Below, piece by piece: positions 18,884 through 31,400 of a DNA stretch of 64,000 nucleotides. Made by a program: the position numbers and the translations under genes. The notes below the pieces were generated by a model. That model had not been told where the DNA came from and ran no database searches. It was given only the letters and a program-made list of their open reading frames with translations. Source of the DNA: Tubulanus polymorphus (lineage: Eukaryota; Animalia; Nemertea); the NCBI RefSeq assembly GCF_964204645.1, contig NC_134029.1:5270001-5334000 (forward strand), read 5' to 3'. The first letter of the stretch is position 1; each line of letters opens with the position of its first letter.

Positions 18884-21800
18884 ATGCGTTTGTTTCTGCT
18901 GATTTGCGCCGCTGTGGCTCTCGTCCACGCCGGAGATGACGATGCCGATGTCGTAGAATTGACCGATTCTGATTTCGACGAAAGAATGAAAGATTATGAC
19001 ATCGCTTTAGTTGAATTCTTCGCTCCGTGGTAAGTGGAGAAAATGAAGGACTTTTCACCATTTCATTTCCGGGTTCATAAAATTTGGGGCCTTGCAATGC
19101 TTGCTTTTACGATTTCTTAACAACCAGGCATGCTGCAAATCATTCAAAGATGGCCTGCCTCGGTTAAGGGCTTTTTGGTTGGAGCAATTCATCAATTGGG
19201 TAGGCCCTAAGAATTAATTGGGGATGGTTCTAAAGTTAAAGTAGCTATTGGGTACTTAAAAAATGAAAGTAAGCAAATAAAGTTGTTTTGGAGTAACAAC
19301 AACAGCATGCAGTGGATGCCTCACTAATCGCAGTCACTTAATCCTGCCTTTTTGAACCGACAGATGTCGAAACTTTTTCTCTTTGTTCCAGGTGTGGCCA
19401 TTGCAAGAGATTGAAGCCGGAATACGCTGATGCTGCAACAATCCTTAAAGATAATGATCCTCCTGTGCCTTTAGTCAAGGTACGTTTATTTGCATTTTGA
19501 AAGAAGAATTAGGTTTTTTTCATTTGCATTCAATTTTTCTTTTCAGAGTGATTCAGATTTCTCTGTTAAAATCTGTTTGCTATTTTATAGGTTGACTGCA
19601 CTGAGAATAAGGCCGTTTGTGAGAAACATGGAGTCAGTGGTTACCCTACTCTAAAAATATTCAAAAAAGGAGAATTCTCAGCTGATTACAACGGCCCTCG
19701 AGAGAAAGGTTTGCATAATTCAAATCTCATTCAATATGTAGATTTGTTATTGTTTTAACTATGAGATAAGAGCAGCACATGCCAGACGGGTGCTACAATA
19801 CATCCATGGAAAACTAAAGATCATGAAATTATCGGGGAATTCCAGATTTCTTTTTCCCTCAAATGTGGAATTCTGATTATTTGCTCTTAAATCTGGGATA
19901 AGCCAGGGAATAAGGATATTTGGGGTCGCGTTGTACTTGCTGGTGGCAGGGTCAGTGATATTTGAGGAAATCTTTGATTCCCTGATCAGTATTTAGAGCC
20001 CTGCACTCGGTTTCATCGGCCTAGTCAAAATTAGTTCCCCCCAGCCCACTTGCCAAAGCCAACTTCGCTTTATTGCAGATAACTTACCTCAACAACCAAA
20101 GCTTTGGTCTCAACAATTTGATTTCTTGATCTTGCTGATCGAATTCCTACTGCTAAGTACTGGTTGCTGTTGGCCTATACTGATTGTCGAACGTGTTTGT
20201 AATAAAAATCTTTTTTAAAACTTCTAGATGGCATTGTAAAGTATATGAGCTCTAAGGCTGGTCCGAGCTCGAAACATCTTCAGACTGTCGACGATGCCCT
20301 CTCATTCATCAAGAAGGCTAAAGACACTGTTATTATCGGTAAGTGGAAGAGGTTTTAAATGTGACTGAACAACTTTCACCAGGTGTTGTGCGGTGACTTC
20401 TTCCCTTAAAAAATTACTTGACTTGATTATTTCTGTTTATCTCTTTGATGAATATAGGTTTCTTTCAAAAAGAAGACTCCGACCTTCAGAAGAAATTCCA
20501 AAAAGCGGCCGATAAGCTCAGCGAGGATTATAAATTCGCTCATTCGACCGACAAAGATATCAACAAAAAACTCAAACATAAAGAGTATGTATCAGCGTAT
20601 AGTAACAGACAGTAGACTAGTTGATTTCTTGAAAACTGCTCTAAAATGATGAGTTCTTTTCTGTCAAGGGCCATGAATTTCCTATCATCTGGGGAAGCTT
20701 TTCTTATATTCTGTGAAACTTAAAATTTTGGAAAAGTTGATGTTTCCTACAGAAAGATATGTCGGTGCTATTGTCTTGATGCAATGTGCATTTTGTAATT
20801 AGTATTACACACTGGGTCCCTTTTATAATTTGTGAGTCTACAGACGCTTTGCTGATGAGTCGCTGATTGATTAAACCCGCCAATTGTCCATTCAGCAGGC
20901 ATGTTCTAAAACTATAGTCCGATACAAGTGATTATCCGTAGAATTACATGCGTATTGTCTCGTAAAAGATAAAAATTAGATACATCGAAGTATTGATGAT
21001 ATGATTCGATATTTTCAGTGAGATAGTTGTATACCGTCCAACTTTCATGAAGAATAAATTCGAAGACTTGGAGGTCGTCTACAAATCAGGAGAAATTCCA
21101 CAATTCGTTGAAGCTAATGTGTTCGGTCTTTGCGGACACCGAAAGTCTGGAAATCAAGGTCACTTTAAAAACCCACTGGTCGTCGCGTACTACGATGTTG
21201 ATTACACGTTGAATGTGAAAGGAACTAACTATTGGAGAAACAGGTATATTGGCGACTAGATTAGATTGTACGATAGATCCCTCCTTACTCACTACTGGTC
21301 AATTGGGTAAATTGTACTGAAATTCATTTGCAATACATTCCCTGATTATCAACTTAATAAGTTTGCAAGTCACAACGCTATCATTTTCCAGCAAGGTGGA
21401 ATAATTTACTGTTGATTATGACATTGATATTGATATGGGGATTTAATGGAGGCAACCATCTTTCCTCGAAGCTTGTAGTTAACATCTTATCATTGGTTCA
21501 TAATAAATCTCCTTTCTGTAAGATAAAAGAATTTTATACTGTATCTTTTTGATTTGTCATTTTTAGGGTGATGAAAGTCGGTAAAAAATTTGCTGGAAAG
21601 AATGTTAACTTCGCTATCTCGAATCCATCGGATTTCTTTTCCGAAATCTCTGAGTTCGGAGCGACTGCTCCGGAAAAAGGACAACCGCCGATCGTTCTTG
21701 CTAAAGGCGCAAAGGGTGAAAAATACAAGATGGAGGATGAATTCAGGTAAGAAAAATGAACTTTTACCTGATGGTGAATAGATTGATTCTAGTATGACCG

Positions 21801-22795
21801 AAACCAACGGAACTGATATAGGTATACAGGCAGAAAATCGGTCAGATGTCAGTATTGTGAGCGTTTGTTTGTTTTATATAGCATGGATAACCTCGAAAAA
21901 TTTGTGCAGAATCTCTTGGACGGAAAATTAGAGCCTTACCTGAAGTCGGAGCCGGTACCAGAAGACAACGACGCACCCGTGAAGGTAAAAAGAAATCATT
22001 GTCTTTAGAGAAACGTTGTCTTTGAATGTATTACTATATGTTTACTGCGGTTATTTTCAGGTTGTCGTCGCTAAGAATTTCAAAGAAATAGTCGACGATC
22101 CGACTAAAGATGTGCTCATAGAATTCTACGCTCCGTGGTGTGGACACTGCAAGAGTCTAGAACCAAAATATAATGAATTAGCTGAAAAGGTGAGACACTG
22201 ACAGTACTATGATAACTTCTCTTTAAATGGAAAAAACCTATTTTGCAGTACTTAAAATATTTTGTTGCTTGTGTCATTATCTAGTTGAAAGATGAGACGA
22301 ACATAGTGATAGCTAAAATGGATGCTACAGCTAATGATGTGCCACCAGCATACAACGTTAGAGGGTAAGATCTTTGTTCTTAGTTGTCTGTGACGGTAAA
22401 TGTGCCTGCGCATTTGATTGAAACATAATATACGGAGATAATGAAATTTATACTCGATATTGAAATGTTTATGGTAATTGCTTGGGTTTATTTTTCAGAT
22501 TCCCAACTATATACTTCTCTCCAGCCGGCTCCAAGTCGGAGCCAAAACAATATAGCGTAAGTACTTAATACACCAATCAGCTGAAAATTTAATGAGCATA
22601 GTTGATTCGTGTAGAGAGCCAGTGTGCTGTATGGCCAGCAGATCAAACTTGAATTCCCTTGGAAGTAAATAAGTTTGTTTTTGTTTTTAGGGTAGCCGAG
22701 AAGTTGACGATTTCGTCAAATATTTAGCGAAAGAAGCAACCGATGAACTGAAGGGATTCAATCGCAAAGGAAAAGCGAAGAAGTCTGAACTGTAA
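18884..22795 (+). CDS. PDIA3: Protein disulfide-isomerase A3 (ERp57/ERp60), conserved copy; 12 exons
   Basis: Exons at about 18884-19029, 19392-19479, 19591-19708, 20228-20338, 20458-20584, 21019-21243, 21567-21746, 21882-21984, 22061-22189, 22284-22363, 22499-22556 and 22691-22795. Signal peptide [16 protein letters not shown], two WCGHC sites, [30 protein letters not shown], and C-terminus KGKAKKSEL* (KDEL-like). Confidence 0.97.
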
Positions 22796-24706
22796 AAACA
22801 TTCTCTGTCATACAACTAACTTTGTCTACTAAATTTGTATTAAAAAAAAAAGGAAAGAAATATATCGTCATCAACGCTGCTATATACTTAACTGAAGGAA
22901 AGTGTCGAATCGCTGCAGTTGATTCATTATTTAAATGTACTCGTTGATTTGCATGTCTTCGGAAGATGTTGTCACAAGATAATTGTGTATGATCATACCC
23001 CGGGCAAACGGCCAAATTGTAATTTAGTATATTTCATTGGATATTGATTAATTCAAAACTGCGCGTTAGTTCGTTTTCTGTTCATATCGCTCACAAAATG
23101 GTTGTCATCATTACTTTTTTTTTTTCATTTTTAGTGCATCATCATATGGATATATTTATGTTTCATTAATTTATATATTACGGTTCACACTCAACAACAG
23201 TCATCTCTTGATTACATACCGCTCTTGGGACCGATAGCTCACTGATTTTTGGCAGGATAACTGAACATCGTTATAATCGACGATGAACGGAATATTTTGT
23301 AAACCAAAGTTAAAAATTTTGGCAGAAAATATTCGAGGGTGGTAGGTAATTGAGTGTTGTCTGTACAGACACCACAAAAGAAGGTACATGCTTCAATTTT
23401 AACTCTTTCGGTATTTTTTCATTATTCCAGCTGATCGAATGTACAAAATTCTCAGCAGTTCTATTTAAGCTTATTAAGATTCCATATTGAAATCAATTGC
23501 TCAAATTCTTCAGTTAGGTCATTTCATCATTCTATATTACTCTATACTATTTGGATAGAGCCAAGCGTTCGAGTGTTTGCATATGTTACAAGAAACGAAA
23601 GATATGATACATTAGGATGACGTGTCACCATACATGAGTAGGGATAGATGTAGTCTCAATTTTTCGATCAAATTGAATTCGTTCTACCAATGAAGTTCGG
23701 CCAGCTGTGCATTAAACACGGCTTATAGCTGTTACCGATCAATCTGTATTGAATTGCAGCTGTCTAAATTGATCCTTGTGTGTTATTCACGTTGTGAATG
23801 TGTATCAGACTGATGGATGTATTATTTTCTGCTGTCTTCAACTTTACATGAATCAAGCTTAGGATTCTTTTAGTTGTTTTGTTTTATGAGTTAAGAATTT
23901 CCATTGACGCAGTCGGCCAAAACAATCATACTTTTCAATGTACATATATATGCTTAACATCTTGGTTCCTGAATGTAATTTCTTTCTTATGAAGTAGTTT
24001 TCATAATTGCTAGGAATTTTACCCTTCGAGTGAAGAACAAATGTAGAACAACTAAACAGTTCAGTTTTGATATCTTGGTTTTTTCCACTGTCGTCCGATA
24101 TGTCTCCAAATGTGCTGACCTATATTAAAATTCCGTGCATTTAAAATCCCATACGTAAACAACGAATGATGTTATGGCTCTGTTGTCTGTTCTTCTCTGG
24201 AAATCTAATCCCTATTTATCTATCATTCCAAGCAAGTGGGAATAATAAAATAGTGAATAGTTTGAATATCAGTTCGTTTTAATTTCGTTTTGGATGTACC
24301 TGGTAAATGTCTCTCGGTACCGGAGTAGATTTGTGGTTGTAGCCCGCTTGAAATGCCCGACGGTGATATTGAGAGAAAAGAAACGACTGTTAGACTCTTA
24401 CCGTGCGGAAGACTGCCGATACACAATTTTGCTCAGTATGTCGTAGGCCGGCACTTTGATAACAACACGGAGTTATCACTTTTCAGATAACAAATTGTTC
24501 ATCACTGTTCATTGCCACTCCAAATCTGAGAACAATCTTTATGAAAACACTTGGTCAATGGATCTTCATTTTGGCACCAATCCCATTTGAAATAGTTGGG
24601 CGTAAGTACGAAAAAACCAAGAACGATGTGTTACTAACTCAAGTTACAACTCAAAAATTCAAGCATATCCGTAACTTTAGTAGATATCGCAGATAATACA
24701 ATTTAA

Positions 24707-24807
24707 GTGACAATATTTGTCACCAGAGGACAAATTATCAATACTACAATGCGTAATATATTACGTATCTTTGATAATTTGTCCTCTAGTGATAGTGTTG
24801 CTGTCAC
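24707..24807. repeat. Hairpin of about 100 nt
   Basis: A perfect 17-bp pair AGAGGACAAATTATCAA / TTGATAATTTGTCCTCT encloses the palindrome CGTAATATATTACG. Outer pair GTGACA/TGTCAC. Confidence 0.8.
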
Positions 24808-25344
24808 AACGTTAGAGATGTGTAATTTGATCACTGGGATTTTATCCCGGTCATAAAGTTAACACGGGTTTGAAAAACCATAGAATTTAAAGGGCTTTGG
24901 CCGATAGAACAGCGCGGGTCAAAACAAAGATACACATGTGGATTATCATCCATGGCCGTATTTTAGTGTTGTTCCACAGACGGCGCTGTTTTAAAGATGT
25001 CAGCGCCCATGGTTGACATTGAAAATATTTTAGAGAAAAGTAATTAAATGTGGTTTTGGTTTTGATCTTCTCCGAGAATCGCTGATCATTTTGTCAAGTA
25101 AGTTTCTTCCATTCATAATCTATACATGTTGACTCTTAATGTATGCGATGTGTAGCCTTAATCTGAAACTGATCCTCGACCTCTTTTAGTTTTGTAGCTG
25201 ATTGAGGATACAACTCAACTAACTGTTTAGTCCACCCACTTCCAGTGGCAGTAATCAAATTTGTGACGATCTTGGAATCTAGGAAATTTGGTTTCATTCA
25301 ATTCTGGAATCAAATTTCTTTGCTGGAGAGGACATTGTGTGGCC

Positions 25345-25427
25345 GGTGAACTGTAGCCTAGCTTAGATCATCCAGTATCCCTGGTACTGGTACCTGGGAT
25401 ACTGGATGATCTAAGCTACAGTTCACC
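25345..25427. repeat. Near-perfect 83-nt palindrome
   Basis: GGTGAACTGTAG..GCTTAGATCATCCAGTATCCC pairs with GGGATACTGGATGATCTAAGC-TACAGTTCACC, with a central GGTAC/GTACC. Confidence 0.85.
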
Positions 25428-28400
25428 CCCAAACTTCAAATACGAGCCCCTGTGGCCCAGCTCAGTCTGTTTATCTGATAGATGTCTTTCAGGACAAACA
25501 AAGATGAGCAGATAAACTAGGTATAAGCATCGGCTTTTAATCCATTTAACATTGTATAGAAAGACAACCAAAAAGTTTTCTTTGAATGGGGTTGTAAAGT
25601 GAAAAGTGACTTGATTTATTTAAGAAAATATTTTCTCTTCTCTCAGAGACCACCTTATATAAAGATAACATTTTGGAAAAACAGTGTAAAATGGATTAAA
25701 AGTCAATGTGTTAGCTCTGCTGCCCACCATGCTGATCTGGTCTTACTAAGACCAATATCAGGTGAAAGCAATATTTTTCAGTTGATAGTTCTCTTGCGTT
25801 TAGTTCTCCCATGAGGGAAAAAGAACCTCAAACCTCACATCATAAAAATACTCCAAGAGTATTGCTCAAGAAGTATTTTCAAATGTGCTATGGTTGGGCC
25901 TGAATATTTGTGTGTATAAACAAATAGTTATTTCGTTATTTGTCAGAAAATTTTCTAAGATTCAATCAGATTCAATCCCTTTCTTTTGATTTTCGAATTC
26001 CAGTCTCAGCTTCGAGGTGGCTTCTTTGAGGGATTAAAGATCTATTTCGATGGTCAATTAACAGAACTTAAATTCTTATTTTTGCCTGTTCCTATTCATC
26101 AGAATCTAGAAATGGCTAAGTTTCACATCGGCGTGTTCCTGTGTGACCCCTAAAAGTTTCTCCTAAAATGAACATCTGTCCCTATCAGCATGAATACCAG
26201 GTTAGCTGGGCCTTGATTCCGTTTTAACTTAAACCTGGAAGTTTATTCTACTAGACAGCCCTCGGGTTAAACATCTATTTAAAACCGGCTAGTGTATTAT
26301 CAATAAGCGATCCGTCCGTCATTCCAACAGATGTTATGAATAAATACTTTTTGCATAAATCAGCCGGATTAAAAAACGCCACCGATGTTTCATTGATACC
26401 CCGCTTTCCGGCCATTGTCGTGCGACAACGAGAAGTTTCTTTTTTTCTCGGGGAGACGCGCGGAATCACAGTTGCATAATAATAACATGGGCGACAATAG
26501 AAACAACAGCTGAACTAGCGGTTAAGCCATTGTCCACGGACATGTGGCCCACGTTTATTCCGTATTATGTCATCGGTTTTAACGGTTTAGTCTGACAAAT
26601 TTATGAATGTTAATAAGACTGCTACCACCGACACAAAAAAATAAACGCTGACTTGTATTTGTCTAGACAGCTGAATTTTCTTTCTCTGCTTCAGTTGCGT
26701 TCGGCCTGTGATCTCCGGGTCCATTCACTTGCGGGCACTGATTTCATTCGTATGTTCAACTTCGATATCCAATCCGAGAAGTTGAACTCATAAGGGAGAG
26801 TCTGTAAGGTAACTAACTCCACATTTTCTGCTAAAAAGATAATTTTAATTCTGACATGTTCTCGGGAACGTTTGCCACTAGATTGTAGAAGTAAGGTTAA
26901 TTAGCGCTCTTAGGCAGAGTAAATTATATTGCTATATTTTTCTAATCCATCTATTCAAGGGTGTTCTTTTTGGAATTCTTTAAGGTGAGGCCTTACATGG
27001 CACACCGATATGAGAAATTCAAAGAGTTTTATATTTTTTTGAAACGTTAAACGCGTTATTGGATATTTTCTTCAGTCGAAAACAAAACGATCATTGAAAA
27101 AGATCGCAATCGCCGGTACATTAATTATCGTATACTTGAGTTTGTGAAGTCGAGCCTGGTCTCGGCGAGATAAGAAGTAACCGTTTCCACAAAAACTATC
27201 GCCGGGATTTGATTTATGGGATCGCGGACAATGCAACCGGGGCTTAACGTCGATTTGATCGAATCGTTGAATCACAGGCCGCATTGAAATACGGGCTTAG
27301 TTTCAGTCGGTAATCTTTTCATCAGGAAACATTTAGCTATCAGCAACACTCGGGTCAATTTGTTATTGAAATTTTTCATATACGCGCAACGGCTTTTCCG
27401 TCTGGGCCGGGCGCTTTTTGTACGGTGAGCTCTGATTCGTCGTCGGGTTTAAAACGTCGCGGTCGTGAATGGATGATGAAATATCGTCGTCATCGCGAAT
27501 TCATTTCGGTATCAGCGTCGAAGCAAAAACTCATTAAAATCGTAATCTTTTGATCCGGCTTCGTTTTAGACGCAATTAAGGCTTACCGTACGTCGTTGCG
27601 TAGCTCGGTGATTATTAGATCTTGTGCTGCGTGATTTCAGAAAAATTAAATCCTTGTGCAACATCAAAAACAGGACTGAATGAACAAACGTTACGCACAC
27701 CGTATTCAACTTGATCAGGACATTCGTCCATTTTTTGCTTCCATTGTCAGCTAGCCGCAACAAGTGCAGATATATTTTCTACAGATATTTGGGAGCGACA
27801 ACAGAATTCCTTTAAAACTCGTTCAATTCTTAGAAGGCAATCAGAAATTTTTGTCTAGTTCTTAGTTGTATAGGAGAATTCGCCTAAAAAATTGGGACCA
27901 GGCTTTTTTGTCCAATAAAGGCATTTGAAAAATTAAAAACCGAGTTAAGAAAGTAGGCTATAGGATAAAAATTTGCTTATAACACCACCGAAGGTAAACG
28001 GTACTGATTAAGGAGGTGATGCAGACACTCCTCGAAATTTGAAATTTCCTCCTAACTCCTTACGTCCAGTAATAACGGACCCCGATAAAGAACTACAGGT
28101 GCAACATTTCATCCCTGAAAGAATAGACTACGGGACCCTTTACATTAGTTTCGGTCACTCCTCGCTCCAAATCTGTCAACTTAGATAGGATGTCAATAGA
28201 TAGGAAGTTCGCTGATAGAATCATAGGGACTCGGTAGAATTTGATTTTGCCTAGATTTGACGGATGGAACTTTTTTCAGAGAAGGACGATCGCTTGTCAG
28301 GTTGACTTGATGGATAGATACGCTAGAATCAACGTAGAGGGTACTATCGCTATTGCCTGAATGAATTCATATATTTGACAGCGCCGGTGTCGTGCACAGC

Positions 28401-31400
28401 ATCGACGCCAGTTAATACTCGTTTACTAAGGAACTACCGCACGAATTTCTTCCGCAAGAACGACAAGGCGTCGTATAATTTCGCCGGGCATGTTGTCATA
28501 ACAACATTGCCGAGATTAATTCAGTTACCTGCATGTCTGATCACACTTACTCGTCATATACTAGCACTGACCGGCCTCGCTCGCGTACTCGGCCGCCGCA
28601 CGCGCTGCTCGGTGGCAAATCTTATTTCGTAACAATTTACGATACATCCGGGATGCCATTTCTCATTAAGACGGAACAACGTAGCCGACCGAGTTGATCA
28701 CATGATAGCCCCGAAATCACATGTTTACGACCGTATAACATGAAATCAGGACATCAGCCAATTCCCCTTATTACTGGGGTTCATAGACACACGCGGCTGT
28801 CCTGTGCAAGGGCCTACAGATTATTTATAAGTTGTTTTATGTATGGGTATTCTTCTGGTCACCTCGAAAAGAGAGCATCCTGTTAGTGTGGAGAAATCAT
28901 AACTCCGATATCTAACAACCACATCACACTTCGTATTTGTTTTCCACAATACACATAATTCTGTACTCAGTATACCCTTTTTGCAACACTTGTAGCTTAA
29001 TGTTAACTAATATAGCAGCTCCTCACATAAGTGATGAAACTTAGCATTATAGCCGCTGAACGCTGCTGGTGTTTTGACACGGGTCACATTTGGCCGAGTT
29101 CACTTTGATAACGAATGGGACCCAGTTCTGTTTGCCACAGGCAAAATTTGGCTCAGAAACGTCGGACTTGTCCAGTTCCAAAATTATTGAATAATTCCGT
29201 GCGAATGCTTACTGTTGCCGCGCTTACCACAGCATCGTTTTGATAGGTTTTGATAGCATTTTAGTAACAAGTGATCGTGCTCCAAGGACAGGCCAAATTT
29301 GACTCGTAGGTCTGATCTGGGCCAGTGTCTCCCCCGGACCAAATCGTCTGTGTGATCACTGCTTATGCACTCTGGAATCCAACCGGATAACTCGTTATTG
29401 GTAATGGATGAGTATGATTTCTACGTAATTATAAAAAATCACTGCAGTCGTTGGTATCTAGAGCCGGGTTACTACTGCTGCTGCTGCAGTGTACGGGGCG
29501 GCAGGGAGGGTGTTAATTGTATATATCACAGCCGACAATTACCCGGCTGATTTAGCTCAATTTCGAGCTATTAACTGATTCGTGTATTGTTATTGGGTTT
29601 TATTAGCTTGAATACATAGTATTTTACAGTTTATGCACCGTAATTCTCAGACTGAACTATTACTATACCACTGAGCTGCTAGTTGATTAATAGTGAGTCA
29701 CAGTAATTAGTGCCTGAGAGTTAGATATTTATCAGGTTGCGTTTTATTTGTTATGATGCTGTATTTTACACTATAGAACTGTATATTCTGCGCTGTTACG
29801 ACTGGTTATCTGGGGTGTATGGGGTAAGATATGTTTTCTCTATTAATTTAAAGCAAACTGCTTTATAAATATATATATAGATATACTGTTTGCATAGGTT
29901 TCTGACTACCAAGCGCAACATCGGTTGTGTATGTATTCCCGATAGTTCCGTGTTTTGTGGCCAGATGTCGCTAACGGTTCAAATTTTTCAGCTTTTTCAT
30001 TTCTACGACAGTCGAGTGAGCGAATTATCAATTTCGTTATACGTTGGGGTTATCGAGGATCTTCTTAATTTCATATCTCATCATCCTCGGTTAAATCCTT
30101 ATACTATAAATAAGTCATGTATAAAGTAATTGGAAGGAATAGATCTCTTCTTAGTAATTAGTAAAGGCTGGACGGTTTTCCTCGAGATACTGTCAGAATG
30201 TATCAGAGACACTGGCCCTCAGTAATCCTACATATTAATGCAGTCTAAGTATATGTTCGTCAATTTAACTAGTGACAGGGATGAGAGACTAGAGCCGGCG
30301 ATGAATGATACAGAGCTGTCTCCTTGGCCCGTATAAAAATGGACTCTAAAACCAATCATTATATACAATCCCTGCCTTGGTATGACATAAAAACATGATG
30401 TATATCTGTCCTCTTCTGGCAAAGCATCCCGAAGTATTACTAGATAAGCTTTGACATAGGGGAAGCCATTAGGGGTCCATGCCAAAATTAGGCCAGCTTT
30501 TCATATAGGTTCCAAATGGGCCTGTGCCTATTTGACCTGGGCGAAACTTGGCCCAACCAAAGATGTTGGACCAGGCTCGTGACGAATTTCAGCATGGATC
30601 AAGTAACTGTGTGTGAACTGGAAGCTACTCGCGACCCTTTTTTACAGCATTGATGAGTATTAATGAGTGTTTTGCGCATGGACGTGGGCCTAATTGGACT
30701 CTGGCCTGATCCATGCCAATTTGGCCCCCAGCGATTCATTTCAAGGGCTGCAATTCTTCATTCCTTGTAACCAGGGAGGCTGTTGGGATTCCATGTTTTT
30801 AATCTTAAAACAGCAGAAAGTCTTCTAAGCACAGACAGTGTTTCATGACATAAAAACCCACATTACTCTGATTGATACGGAGCTTTTCATATCTTCGGCA
30901 TCGAAGAAATAGATTTGGCAAGGTCCGTCATGTGGAAAAATTGAACAGCCGGTTTCCTGCTTGCCCTAATTGGGTACTAGTGTATGGAAATCTGTTTAGC
31001 TATAAGACTTTTAAGACCTCGGTTGATCAGCCGGACTTACCAACGCTCACCGAGAGATCTTTCGATTCTAAAAATGCTCGAGTGTTGTGCTAGTGTCTTG
31101 AGTTTGAGGACATTTTAAAATTTGTTACGAGATTTTTATCTATTGAAAACAACGTGTTCTACTTCTACGAATGAAAGAATCCCCGATATCCTCCACACTC
31201 GGCCCACCTGCATATCGGTCTTTTATAGCTACGCCGGTGCGTATATAGGTTGGACGTGCCCGATTGAAAAGAGCGAGGCCCGCGTTAAACAATTGCAGCT
31301 AAAACCCATAAACCACTGAATGCGCGCGGCAACTTTTGACCCGTCATGAATAACCAATAAATTTGCAATTTGTCAAAATTTGATTAGTCGGCTTTTTGCA

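Noticed and set aside
20852-20890. CTGATGAGTC...TAAAC hammerhead-like string in a PDIA3 intron
   Set aside because: The GAAA box is absent and there is no convincing stem I.
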